This document shows positions 38,460 through 49,200 of a stretch of DNA of 64,000 nucleotides, piece after piece. The stretch is from positions 32,012 through 96,011 of the forward strand of contig CANRCF010000002.1 of the NCBI GenBank assembly GCA_947629045.1, written 5' to 3'. The notes below the pieces were generated by a model. It saw only the letters and a list, made by a program, of their open reading frames with translations. It was not told the DNA's origin and did no database searches. A program made the position numbers and the translations under genes. Position 1 is the stretch's first letter. Every line of letters begins with the position of its first letter. This DNA is from an uncultured Clostridia bacterium (GTDB lineage Bacteria; Bacillota; Clostridia; TANB77; CAG-508).

Positions 38460-40451
38460 TTAATCTTTAATTTTAAATTCAATAGTCACCTTAAATAAAT
38501 CTCCATCTAAGTATATTTGAAATTTTCCACCTTGAAGCTCTGTAAGGCTAGTTGCTATTGAAAGTCCAAGTCCGCTTCCTTCGGTATTTCTTGATGCCTC
38601 TCCTCTAACAAATCTTTGCATTAACTCATCTGCGCTGATATTTAGCTTATCCTTAGATACATTTTTCATATTAATAACAACATTTTCTTTTGCTTTTTTT
38701 ACATCCACATAAACTCTAGTATTTTCCATTGCGTATTTAGCAGTATTTGCATATATATTTTCTAAAATTCTATACATATATCTTCCATCTGCTTCTATGT
38801 ATACCGCTTCTTCTGGAACTGTCATTATTTCTGTTAATTTGCTTTCTTTGAATTTATCTTCAAATTCTCCTGATACTTGCTTTACAAGCTCTATTACATT
38901 TAATTTTTCCATATTTAATTTTATATTTCCTGAAGATGCTTTTGATGCCTCTACTAAATCTTCTGTTAGTTTTTTTAATCTTTGTGATTTATTTTCTAAT
39001 ACCATTAAATATTCTTGTGCTTTTTCATTTGGCATCTTTTCCTTTTTTAATAAATCTACATAATTTATTATAGATGTTAGTGGTGTTTTAATGTCATGTG
39101 ATACATTCGTAATAAGCTCTGTTTTTAGCCTTTCACTTTTTAAACTTTCTTGTATGGCATTTGATAGTCCTCCTGCAATATCGTCGATGTATATTGCCAT
39201 TTTTTTAACATCGCCATTAAATTCATTTGGATTTATGTATACTTCTGTGTTCCCTTCATATATATTTTTAAGAGCTTCTTTTACTTTTTCAAATTCTTTT
39301 AACTTTTTAAATAGTAAATAGAATGTTGTAATTGCAAGTATTATTAGCATAATTAACCAAAAGAATGCACTTTTACTACTATATGAATTCATAATTCCAA
39401 CTGTACAAATAAATCCTGCTAAGCAAAAACTTCCATAGAATAATACTAATTTTGTAGTAATTTTTCTATTTCTGACTAATTCAGCTATCTGGTGAAATAC
39501 AGCATATATCAAGCTAGATTTTATTATAGTATGCGTTTTTATTCTTTTTACTGTTGTTTCTAGTAACAAAATTAGCATTAAATAAATAAATATTAAACTT
39601 GTTATTATTCCAATAATTCCAATTGGCCATCTTAATATACTATCTAATACATCAAAGCACATTATAAATGCAATAGTAGATAAAATAATTATAGATAATA
39701 TTATAAAAGTTACTATTTCTAGTTTCCATTTGTCAAACCATGTTAAATGTATTTCTTCATATTTAGCCGTTTTTCCAATTCCATTAATTATCGAAATTAC
39801 TGCTATAATTAATGCTATCATTGATAATGGTAATAAAATTATTGAGTAGTTATAAAAATACTTGCATACTTGAAAGGCTATTTTAGTAAATACTATTGAA
39901 TCATTGTATGGCATTTCATCTATTATAGCACTATATATATCTACATTTTCCTTATTATATTTTATTGTTTCAAAATTACTATCGTAATATATATTTTCTT
40001 CTTTTAAGGCTTCTGCACTTGTATCTATTTTTTCATTCACATAATTCCAGTATATTTCATTTTTTCCAATGTATGTTTTTATTTCATCTATTGTGTCAGT
40101 GTATGTAGTTTTCTGCACGCTAGTATATGCTGTACCTGTCTTTTTATTAATAATTAAAAAAATAATATTTGAATTTCTATCCCAATTATATACTATGTTT
40201 TCAGAATTCCCATATTGATTTTTAGAAAGCTCATAAGTTCTTACATCGTGATTATTTAACCATAGATTTTTTAAATATTCATTTGTGAATATAGAGCTTT
40301 CATAATAATTATTGGTATGCTTCAATTCTACATTTTGCTCTACTGTTATTAACGATAATATACATAAAATAAATATAGCTAAGAATATTGGCACAAAAAA
40401 ATATTCTATGTTTTTTACTATTCTAGCTGTACAAATTTTTTTATTATGCAT
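38460..40451 (-). CDS. sensor histidine kinase with a large N-terminal extracytoplasmic domain and a multi-TM region
   Basis: H-box SHDIKTPLTSI, and N and G boxes (GSGLGLSIA) at the C-terminus. Confidence 0.88.
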   Translation of the reverse strand: MHNKKICTARIVKNIEYFFVPIFLAIFILCILSLITVEQNVELKHTNNYYESSIFTNEYLKNLWLNNHDVRTYELSKNQYGNSENIVYNWDRNSNIIFLIINKKTGTAYTSVQKTTYTDTIDEIKTYIGKNEIYWNYVNEKIDTSAEALKEENIYYDSNFETIKYNKENVDIYSAIIDEMPYNDSIVFTKIAFQVCKYFYNYSIILLPLSMIALIIAVISIINGIGKTAKYEEIHLTWFDKWKLEIVTFIILSIIILSTIAFIMCFDVLDSILRWPIGIIGIITSLIFIYLMLILLLETTVKRIKTHTIIKSSLIYAVFHQIAELVRNRKITTKLVLFYGSFCLAGFICTVGIMNSYSSKSAFFWLIMLIILAITTFYLLFKKLKEFEKVKEALKNIYEGNTEVYINPNEFNGDVKKMAIYIDDIAGGLSNAIQESLKSERLKTELITNVSHDIKTPLTSIINYVDLLKKEKMPNEKAQEYLMVLENKSQRLKKLTEDLVEASKASSGNIKLNMEKLNVIELVKQVSGEFEDKFKESKLTEIMTVPEEAVYIEADGRYMYRILENIYANTAKYAMENTRVYVDVKKAKENVVINMKNVSKDKLNISADELMQRFVRGEASRNTEGSGLGLSIATSLTELQGGKFQIYLDGDLFKVTIEFKIKD

Positions 40452-40536
40452 TGTTCATTCCTCCTATTAAATTTTTTATTAGGCTATTAATTTTTTACTA
40501 TTGTTTATTTTTACTTTTCATTATTTGTTTTGCTAT

Positions 40537-41247
40537 TTAGTTTTTATTTAAGTTTTCAATTTTATAGCCTATTCCCCATATTACTTTTAAATACTTAGGT
40601 TCTTTTGGATTTATTTCTATTTTTTCTCTAATATGTCTTATGTGAACTGCTATTATGTTATCTGCCCCAAAGCTTTCCTCCTCCCACACATTTTCATAAA
40701 TTTGCTCTATTGAATACACAATTCCCTTGTTTTTAGTTAAAAATTTTAATATGTTATATTCTGTTGGTGTTAACTTAACATCTTTACCCTCCACAGTAAC
40801 TTGTTTTGTATTATCATTTATTATTAAGTCTCCTGAGCGGTATATATTTTCTTGTGGTTCATTTTCTACCATAGAGCCTAAAAGTGTATATCTTCGTATC
40901 TGCGAATTTACCCTTGCTATTAATTCTAATGGATTAAATGGTTTTGTTATATAATCATCCGCACCATTATTAAGTCCTGCTATTTTGTCATAATCTTCTG
41001 ATTTAGCAGATAGCATAATAATTGGTATTGCTTTATCTTTTCGTATTAAATTTGCTGTACTTATTCCGTCTAATTTTGGCATCATTATATCTAATATGAT
41101 AAGGTGTATGTCTTTATTTTTCTCTACTACTTTTAATGCTTCTAGTCCATTATATGCTTTTAATACATTGTAGCCTTCTTTACTTAAATAAATTTCTATT
41201 GCGTTTACTATTTCCTTATCATCATCTACTACTAAAATATTATACAT
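40537..41247 (-). CDS. OmpR-family response regulator
   Basis: Receiver domain (VVDDD...DIMMPKLDG...K) plus a winged-helix C-terminus (GIGYKIE). Confidence 0.92.
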   Translation of the reverse strand: MYNILVVDDDKEIVNAIEIYLSKEGYNVLKAYNGLEALKVVEKNKDIHLIILDIMMPKLDGISTANLIRKDKAIPIIMLSAKSEDYDKIAGLNNGADDYITKPFNPLELIARVNSQIRRYTLLGSMVENEPQENIYRSGDLIINDNTKQVTVEGKDVKLTPTEYNILKFLTKNKGIVYSIEQIYENVWEEESFGADNIIAVHIRHIREKIEINPKEPKYLKVIWGIGYKIENLNKN

Positions 41248-41440
41248 AACTTTCCCCTCATTTTTTATTTTATATTTTTTACTATGTATTCTATATTTTT
41301 ATATCTATTTTTCATTTGATTTCTCTAATAGTATTATAACAGTATAATTCTTAAGAAAAAAGAGGTAAAATTATTAAGTTTTTCTTAATAAAAATGTGCC
41401 AAATGTTAATTTTAACACCTGACACATTAAATTTAAAATA

Positions 41441-43784
41441 TTATTGATCATTTACTTTTATAATATAAACTGGGCTTTGAGCATAGTTAGTACCATTTGT
41501 ATATACTATTTCTCCTAATTTAAATAATGTACTAAAGTTTTTATCAGTAGATTCACTATATTCTAAATTTCCAATATAAATATAATCAATGTCATATTTT
41601 TCTATTAATGATTTTACATATTCTTTATCTTCTGAATTATATATTTGAAAAATATCATTCCATCTTGCATCTACTTCATCAGGCACACTATAATCTGCTT
41701 TTGCTCTCCATACCCATTCATGGCCATGCCATCCTAAAACTGTTGGATTTGCAGTAAATGCTGATATTCTAGTAGATAAAGTATAACTTCCATCCACTTT
41801 TTGTAAAATTACTGAATCTCTATCTAGGTTTTCTTTTATCCATTGAATTGCAACATAATCATCTGGAAGCATTACCTTAATATAATCTTCTACATTTTTA
41901 ATGTCCATTGTTTTATTTTTTAGTCCATTTGTTGCATAGCTAATAGTATCTATTCCATAGCCTATTGTGGTTATAAAGATTATCAAAATAATTACTGTAG
42001 CTGTCTTCTTAACTACTGAAGATTTTTGATAAATATGTTTTACTAATATATAACTCGTAGAAATATGGAATAATGTTATAGCATTAAATGTAAGTTTAAA
42101 CATAGTATTAGCTCTTTTGTAATCATCAGCATATATATCTTTTAAATATATAATTTCAGGTAGTAATACTAGTCCTATTGCACAAAGGCCTATAATAATT
42201 ATATATATATCTGATAAATTCATATTATTTATATAAGCAAATATACTACCCTTTTTCTCTTTAAAATATTTGTACAAAATTGTAATTATATTAACTATAA
42301 CACATAATGTTGGAAGTCCCCATAAAACACCTAGTTTATATAATGGTGACATTATGTTTGTAAAATGTACTTGTGTTGCACTAATATATAACTGCATTGA
42401 AAAGGTTAAAGTTAATAGCTCTTCTAATACCACTATTTGTGCTAATTGTGCAAGAGTTACTAGAAATTTTTCTTTGAAATTTTTGTATTTAATAAAGTTT
42501 TTAACTGTAACTACTGCACCTATTATTACTAAATATATTGGGAAATCCCAATAATTTGTCATTTTTTGAATTGCTAACAAAATGCCCATCAAAATTATAT
42601 TTAAACTAAAAAACTTTCTCCATTTTTTCTTGTTTTTATTATCTATATTTTGCATGCTATTTTTGTTATTTATATTTTGCTTAATATTTTTATTATTTAT
42701 ATTTTGCTTGCTATTTTTATTATTTTTAATTTCTATTTTTTGTTCTGTATCATTTTCATCATCTTTTGCAAGCATATATTGTAGCAATAATGCAAGCATT
42801 GTAAGTGCAAACATTGTATCTATATGGTGTGCATGTAGATCACCCTCTATATTCATATATGAAGGAAATGCTGTAATAGTTTTATCTGGCACATCTGGTC
42901 TATACCCTATATAATAGCAAGGATCTGCATAGAAATAATTTGGGTCATTTAATGCTAATTTATATATAGAATAATAGGTTGTACCACCTAAACAAGTTGA
43001 AAGCCCTGCAAGTATTGCTATGATTATTGGAACCACCTTTGCAATTTTTTTAGTTTCATCTTTTATTAAATTATTACCTAAATTTTTGCCAATTGAATAA
43101 GGTAATGTAATTAAAAATGCGGCAAGTAATGCAAGCATTAAATTATAGCTTTCTTCTACGTGTGTAGTTGATATTTTATTCAAAAATGCTGTAATATACT
43201 GCCCAAAATAATAGTAATTTATATTATTACCTGAAAGCCATATATCTTCTACTGGTAAATAGTCTGAATTCATTAATTTATTTATGAAGCCATAATTCAT
43301 AAAATGCTCTGTACTATTATTCAATACAGGGTTAAAACTTCTTATATATACCCATGCCATAAATGCTACTAAAAAAATTATTTCTATTATTAATACATTT
43401 GTTAGTATACTATTTAGATTATTTTTGATTTCCTTAAATTTATCTTTTTTAAAATATAAAACCACTAAATTTATGGCTAGCATAATTCCCATTATTATAT
43501 AACAATTTAATGAGTTAAATTTAAGTATTTTTAAATATGATAAATTCCACAATATTAATCCTGAAATTCCTAGTCCTAGTATTTTTGAAAATGCCCATCC
43601 TTTGTCATCAAACTTATTAAAAACTAATGATGTAATTGGAAAGAAGATAATTCCAACTATTAATAATGTTGCCCACCATTTTAATACATATTTAAAATTT
43701 TCATGTAATAAAAATATTCCGGCCTACTAGTACAGCTAATAATATTAAACCTAATACACTTATTTTAATTATTTGCTTTTTCAT
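41441..43784 (-). pseudogene. DUF2298 / YYY-motif polytopic membrane protein (GT-C-like), N-terminus split by a 1-nt frameshift
   Basis: The main ORF 41441-43552 has only a TTG start, but its frame stays open and protein-like upstream (ENFKYVLKWWATLLIVG...) to a TAG at 43724. An ATG ORF with RBS AAGAGG (43701-43784, MKKQIIKISVLGLILLAVLVGRNIFIT*) is one frame off. The NINYYYFGQY motif is present. Confidence 0.65.
42641..42721 (-). repeat. 3 x 27-bp in-frame tandem repeat inside the YYY membrane protein gene
   Basis: Units at 42641, 42668 and 42695 encode NKNSKQNIN / NKNIKQNIN / NKNSMQNID. Confidence 0.85.
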
Positions 43785-43916
43785 ACTACCTCTTTTCTAA
43801 TATCATCTTTCGTTTTACATTTAGTTTTCTTTTGAATTTATTTTAATGTTTCGATTTATGACATTGATTTTTATCTTTATATTGATGCATATTTTAAATA
43901 ATTATTTAATTAATAA

Positions 43917-45035
43917 CTAATTTTCTGCTCTTTTTGTTTTATATTCTATATACTCTTCTATTAGCAACTTAACTACTGTGCATATTGGCACTGATAAGAA
44001 CATTCCAAGTACGCCAAAGTATGCTCCACCTACTGTTACTGCAAAAATTACTAAAAGTGGACTAATTGATAATGAGTTTCCTATAATTTTTGGATTTATA
44101 ATATTTGCATCTATTTGTTGAAGTATAATTACTACTATTGCCATTATAAGTGCTTGACCAAATCCGCCTGTAAATAGTGTTACAATAATTGCAATTGCTA
44201 CTGCTATAATTGCACCAAAATATGGAATTAAGTTAAATAAGCCTATTGTGAAACCTAATAAAACAGCATATCTTACACCTAAAATTGACATTGCTATTGA
44301 TGTTAAAATTCCAACTATAATTGCATCTAACACTTGCCCTGCTATATAACTAAAAAATACTTCGTTTGATTTGTTGAAATATTTGCTAACCATTTCATAA
44401 GTTTCTTTTGGAAATATAGCACCTGATAACCTTTTTAAGAATTTTAGTATTTGACTTCTTTCTGACAATAAATATACTGAAACTATGAAGGCAACAAATA
44501 CTCTAAATATTCCGCTTACTGCACTAATTGCACCTTGTGCATATTGCATTAATTTTTCTATATTTAAATATTCTTTTAAATCAATTTGATTAAAACTTTG
44601 AATGATATTCATTACCGTATCACTTTTCCAAAATGAATCTTCTGGTAAGTTTTGTATGCTTTCTAATGTGTTATTGTAATAAGTTCCAAAGTTTGCCACA
44701 AAATCTGCTATACTTTTTGCTATGTTTGGTACTACAAATGTTAAAGCAAGCACTATTATTAAAATTGCAATTATATATACAGTAATAATTGATAATCCCC
44801 TAGCTCGTTTAGATAGAAATTTTATTTTTTTATATCTTCTCTCTAACGCTCTACATGGAATATAAAATAGATATGCTATTAATAACCCTACTACAAATGG
44901 CATTAATATATTTAATAGTCCTGTTAAAAAATTAGTTATTGGGCCTAGATTATCAAGTAATTTATATACTGCAATAATTGCAACCCCTAGCATAAACCAA
45001 TATAGCCATTTAGTTAATCTTCTTTTCTCTCTCAT
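43917..45035 (-). CDS. AI-2E family transporter (PerM-like permease)
   Basis: 372 aa with about 8 TM helices. Overall composition and layout are typical of the UPF0118/AI-2E family. Confidence 0.7.
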   Translation of the reverse strand: MREKRRLTKWLYWFMLGVAIIAVYKLLDNLGPITNFLTGLLNILMPFVVGLLIAYLFYIPCRALERRYKKIKFLSKRARGLSIITVYIIAILIIVLALTFVVPNIAKSIADFVANFGTYYNNTLESIQNLPEDSFWKSDTVMNIIQSFNQIDLKEYLNIEKLMQYAQGAISAVSGIFRVFVAFIVSVYLLSERSQILKFLKRLSGAIFPKETYEMVSKYFNKSNEVFFSYIAGQVLDAIIVGILTSIAMSILGVRYAVLLGFTIGLFNLIPYFGAIIAVAIAIIVTLFTGGFGQALIMAIVVIILQQIDANIINPKIIGNSLSISPLLVIFAVTVGGAYFGVLGMFLSVPICTVVKLLIEEYIEYKTKRAEN

Positions 45036-45136
45036 AATTGTTTGTAATACATTTTAAGACGTATTACTTCTCCTTTCTTTTTTATAAATAACTCTTACTT
45101 TATAAACTTCTGTTTTTATTATTATAATAGGTTACT

Positions 45137-45904
45137 TTATAGATTGCAAATTAATCCAACTGGGCAATGGTCGCTTCCCATTACTTCATCATATATACTG
45201 CTTTCCTTAATTTTGCTTTCTATTGATTTTGATACTATAAAATAATCTATTCTCCAACCTACATTCTTTTCTCTTGCATGAAACATATATGACCACCATG
45301 TATATGCATTTTCTTTTTCTGGGTATAAATATCTAAAACTATCTGTAAATCCAGCATCTAGAAGCATAGTCATTTTATTTCTTTCTTCATCTGTAAATCC
45401 AGCACTTCTATGATTTGTTTTTGGATTTTTAAGGTCTATTTCTTCATGCGCTACATTAAAATCTCCACAATAAATTACTGGTTTTGTTTTATCTAATTCT
45501 AATAAGTAATTTCTTATTTCATCTTCCCAAACCATTCTGTAATCTAGTCTTTCTAGTTCTCTTTTTGAATTCGGCGTATAGCAATTTACTAGAAAAAACT
45601 TCTCAAATTCTAATGTTATTACTCGTCCTTCTTGATCGTGCTCTTCTTTTCCTATACCATACGTTACTTTAATTGGTTTTTGCTTTGTAAATACTGCTGT
45701 CCCAGAATAGCCTTTTTTTATCGCACTATTCCAATATGAATTGTAGCCTTTAAAAATGCTTTGAATTTCTAAGTCTATTTGGTCTTCTTGCATTTTAGTT
45801 TCTTGCAAGCAAAATATGTCTGCATCTATATTTTCAAAAAATTCTTTAAAGCCTTTATTTATAACTGCTCTCAATCCATTCACGTTCCATGATATTAGTT
45901 TCAT
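45137..45904 (-). CDS. xth: exodeoxyribonuclease III
   Basis: MKLISWNVNGLRA N-terminus, ...QETK..., and C-terminal SDHCPV, as in ExoIII/APE family members. Confidence 0.92.
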   Translation of the reverse strand: MKLISWNVNGLRAVINKGFKEFFENIDADIFCLQETKMQEDQIDLEIQSIFKGYNSYWNSAIKKGYSGTAVFTKQKPIKVTYGIGKEEHDQEGRVITLEFEKFFLVNCYTPNSKRELERLDYRMVWEDEIRNYLLELDKTKPVIYCGDFNVAHEEIDLKNPKTNHRSAGFTDEERNKMTMLLDAGFTDSFRYLYPEKENAYTWWSYMFHAREKNVGWRIDYFIVSKSIESKIKESSIYDEVMGSDHCPVGLICNL

Positions 45905-46028
45905 ATTTTTCTCCTAATATATTTTTTCAGTTATTAATATAACATATATTTTTATCATTTTCAATTATTTTATATAATACTACAAGATTATATAATAACT
46001 TACTTTTAACTATTGTTGTTTCGGAAGT

Positions 46029-46070
46029 AAAAATAAAATTGGCTAGATGCTTCTAACCAATTTCATTTTT
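46029..46070 (-). terminator. putative intrinsic terminator after the SleB-like hydrolase gene
   Basis: Stem AAATTGGCTAG/CTAACCAATTT with one mismatch and A/T-rich flanks. Confidence 0.35.
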
Positions 46071-46108
46071 TATAAATTTCTTAGATTACATTTTTAAAAT
46101 TGCATTTT

Positions 46109-47113
46109 TTACATTGCATTAAAATATACGTTTCCACCTATATTAACACCACTTGCACAACCTGCTGCTCTAAATGATAAATAATTATGGTTTCTTTTTC
46201 CGTTTAATGCATCTATAACTGCTTGTTTAACACGATCTGGATAATTTCCATTTAATCTTCTTCTCCAATAATTATCTATTGAATAACAGAATTGATTTTT
46301 TGCTTTGTATTGGCTTAATGGGTCTGTTCCGTTGTGTCTCCATCTTGAACTTTCTGCTCTGTTACAAGCACATGTGATAACAGCTAAAGCTCCTTCATAG
46401 CTTGATGAACATTCTTGTGCTGTTATAGCACATATTAAGTCAAGCTCAGCATCTGTATAGCTCCATTTTCCAGCATATCTTGTTGCAGTTCCACCTCTTG
46501 ATATAACTTGTTGCTTATTTCTTACTTCAACAATTTTATCAACTGGCTCACGTATTATTTTTGATGAAATTTCTTTCTTTTCTATTTCTTTTTCATTTTG
46601 ATATTTTACTTTATAAGTAACTTCTTTTAAGCCATCTACACCATATTGTACTATTTTATCTTGTTTTGCACCTGAACCAGATGCTACATTTTTTGTAATA
46701 GTTTCATAAGGTATTTTAACCTTTTCTACCACGATTTTTTCTACTATATCATCATAGCTTGCTAAAATTTGCTCTACATCAACTTCTGAAGAATTTTCAA
46801 TTACTTCTGGAAGTGCTATTTCTTCATCTATTTTCTTAGTAATTTTAATCGTATTATTATCAGGTAATTCAGAATCTAAATCTGGGGTTACCTTTTCATC
46901 ATCTAATAAAATTATATGATTTTCATCAAGTATCTCTGATATTTTTTTCTTACCAGTTAGTACATTCATTTCGTACCCACTTGCAAGAACGATTTTTACA
47001 TTATTTATTTTTACATTTGTAGCAGATACAACTACTGTCATTATAAAAATAAATAATATACTAATACAAATGATTTTTTTCAGCGATATAGATGCTTTAT
47101 CATCATTTTTCAT
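46109..47113 (-). CDS. secreted cell-wall hydrolase: DUF348 + G5 + SleB-like (Hydrolase_2) domains
   Basis: N-terminal TM/signal sequence and a DUF348-like beta segment. G5-like segment (VQYGVDGLKEVTYKVKYQNEKEI). Cys-rich SleB-like C-terminus (ICAITAQEC...NQFC). Confidence 0.7.
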   Translation of the reverse strand: MKNDDKASISLKKIICISILFIFIMTVVVSATNVKINNVKIVLASGYEMNVLTGKKKISEILDENHIILLDDEKVTPDLDSELPDNNTIKITKKIDEEIALPEVIENSSEVDVEQILASYDDIVEKIVVEKVKIPYETITKNVASGSGAKQDKIVQYGVDGLKEVTYKVKYQNEKEIEKKEISSKIIREPVDKIVEVRNKQQVISRGGTATRYAGKWSYTDAELDLICAITAQECSSSYEGALAVITCACNRAESSRWRHNGTDPLSQYKAKNQFCYSIDNYWRRRLNGNYPDRVKQAVIDALNGKRNHNYLSFRAAGCASGVNIGGNVYFNAM

Positions 47114-47573
47114 AGTTAATTTGTTCCCTCCTTTGAAAGCAACAACTATATTATACCATTTTTGAAAAATAATGTCAAATTTTATCGCATCTTTTGTAGC
47201 TGTTTGTCCATTTGGCTTTCAAGCTTTTATTATGTAATTTTGCTTCATATACCTTAAGTTATAATTTTTTTATTTTTTATTATATGTGTAAATTAATATA
47301 GTTCTGTTTCATTTTTATTTAGGAATTTTTTTTAGTTATATGTGCATACTATTAATTATATTTAGTTTGTACAAAATCTGTACATATTACAATTATATTC
47401 AGGCTTGTACAAAAATATGACAACTTTAAAAAAATATTTATAATTTTAGATATTTTTTCTTTTTTACATGAATAAATTTATTAAGTGTAAATATAAATTC
47501 GATTTTTGCGATATTGTATTTATTTTTATAATGTGATATTATAGTAGAAAATAAATTAAAAGGAGTGAATTTT

Positions 47574-48128
47574 ATGTGGTTATGGATTATTTTAGCAATT
47601 GTTGCAGTATTAGTTATTGCTATTATTGGTGTTTACAATAGCTTAGTAACTCTAAGACAACGAGTTAAAAATGCATGGAGCCAAATTGATGTTCAATTAC
47701 AAAGGAGATTTGATTTAATTCCTAATTTAGTAGAAACAGTAAAAGGTTACATGGCTCATGAAAGCGAGGTTTTAACAAAGGTTACAGAGCTTCGTACATC
47801 TTGGGCAAACGCACAAACAGTAAAAGAAAAGGCTGAACTAGATAATCAGTTATCTGGGGCTTTAAAAACTATTATGGCAGTTTCAGAAAATTATCCTGAT
47901 TTAAAAGCTAGTCAAAACTTTTCTGAGTTACAAGAAGAACTAAGAAATACAGAAAATAAAATTTCTTATTCTAGACAATTCTATAATGATAGCGTAACAA
48001 GATACAACACAAAAATAGAGCTTTTCCCATCTAATATTATTGCTTCTATGTTTCATTTTCAAGCTGAAAGCTTATTTGAAGCTGATAGTGATGAGGCTAG
48101 AAAGAATGTAAAAGTAAATTTTAATTAA
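47574..48128 (+). CDS. lemA: LemA family membrane protein
   Basis: N-terminal TM followed by [29 protein letters not shown], typical of LemA. ATG at 47574 lies 8 nt after AAGGAG. Confidence 0.88.
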   Translation: MWLWIILAIVAVLVIAIIGVYNSLVTLRQRVKNAWSQIDVQLQRRFDLIPNLVETVKGYMAHESEVLTKVTELRTSWANAQTVKEKAELDNQLSGALKTIMAVSENYPDLKASQNFSELQEELRNTENKISYSRQFYNDSVTRYNTKIELFPSNIIASMFHFQAESLFEADSDEARKNVKVNFN

Positions 48129-48141
48129 TTTATATTTGAAT

Positions 48142-48173
48142 TTAAGCTAAATTTGGAATTAAATTTAGCTTAA
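48142..48173 (+). other. perfect 13-bp hairpin between lemA and htpX (attenuator, terminator or RNA processing site)
   Basis: TTAAGCTAAATTT-ggaatt-AAATTTAGCTTAA. The downstream T-tract is weak. Confidence 0.4.
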
Positions 48174-48207
48174 AAATTTATTTAAAAGGTGGAATTTATT
48201 TAAAACA

Positions 48208-49113
48208 ATGTATGAAGATATTAGAAGAAATAAAATAAAAACAGGAATTATTATAAGCATTTTTATTTTTATTATAACTTTAATTGTTTATTACATTTGT
48301 ATGGCTTTTGATTTAGGTGCAGTTTCTATTGTAATTGCTTTAGCATTTTCAATAGCTTCTGCATGGAGCTCTTACTATTATAGTGATAGAATTATTTTAT
48401 CATTAAATAGAGCTCGTCCTGCTACACCTGAAGAAAATAAACAATTAGTAAACATTCTTGACGGGTTAATGGTGTCTTCCGGTCTTACTTCTAAACCTAG
48501 ATTATATATAGTTGAAGATGCTCAGCCAAATGCTTTTGCAACTGGACGTAACCCTGAAAATGCTGTTATTTGTGTAACTACCGGATTATTAGAAAAGCTA
48601 GATTATTATGAGCTAGAAGGCGTTGTAGCACACGAGCTTTCTCATATTAAAAATTATGATATTCGCTTATCTGCTATTGTTACTGTTATGGTTGGACTTG
48701 TTGTTATGCTTTCTGATTTAGTTTCTAGAATGTTTCTTTATGGTGGTAGTAGAAGTAGGAGCAATGATAATGATAATGCAAACCCTATTTTAATGCTTTT
48801 AGGTTTAATTGCACTTATTTTAGCACCTATTTTTGGTCAGCTTATGAAGCTTGCTATTTCTAGAAAAAGAGAATATTTAGCAGATGCTACTGCAGTTGAA
48901 TTTACTAGAAACCCTGATGGTTTAATTTCTGCTCTTGAAAAGCTAGAAGCAGATAACAATGAACTCAAAACTGCTAATAATTCTACTGCACATATGTATA
49001 TCATTAGTCCATTTAAGAAAAATGCTGATGGTAAAAGAAGAAGAACAAGTAGCCTTTGGTCTACTCATCCTTCTACTGAAGATAGAATTGAAGCTTTAAG
49101 AAATTTAAAATAG
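48208..49113 (+). CDS. htpX: zinc metalloprotease HtpX (M48 family)
   Basis: HELSHIKNYD (HEXXH) and 4 TM helices. The LemA-HtpX pairing is common. Confidence 0.9.
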   Translation: MYEDIRRNKIKTGIIISIFIFIITLIVYYICMAFDLGAVSIVIALAFSIASAWSSYYYSDRIILSLNRARPATPEENKQLVNILDGLMVSSGLTSKPRLYIVEDAQPNAFATGRNPENAVICVTTGLLEKLDYYELEGVVAHELSHIKNYDIRLSAIVTVMVGLVVMLSDLVSRMFLYGGSRSRSNDNDNANPILMLLGLIALILAPIFGQLMKLAISRKREYLADATAVEFTRNPDGLISALEKLEADNNELKTANNSTAHMYIISPFKKNADGKRRRTSSLWSTHPSTEDRIEALRNLK

Positions 49114-49171
49114 TTAATAGTAATTTTATAATAATATTTTTTATATCTAATAATTATTTAAATAACATTCA

Positions 49172-49200
49172 AAAAGAACCATTGTACATATGGTTCTTTT
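49172..49200. terminator. bidirectional terminator between convergent htpX and tatD
   Basis: Stem AAAAGAACCAT/ATGGTTCTTTT with loop TGTACAT. It overlaps the tatD stop codon. Confidence 0.55.
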
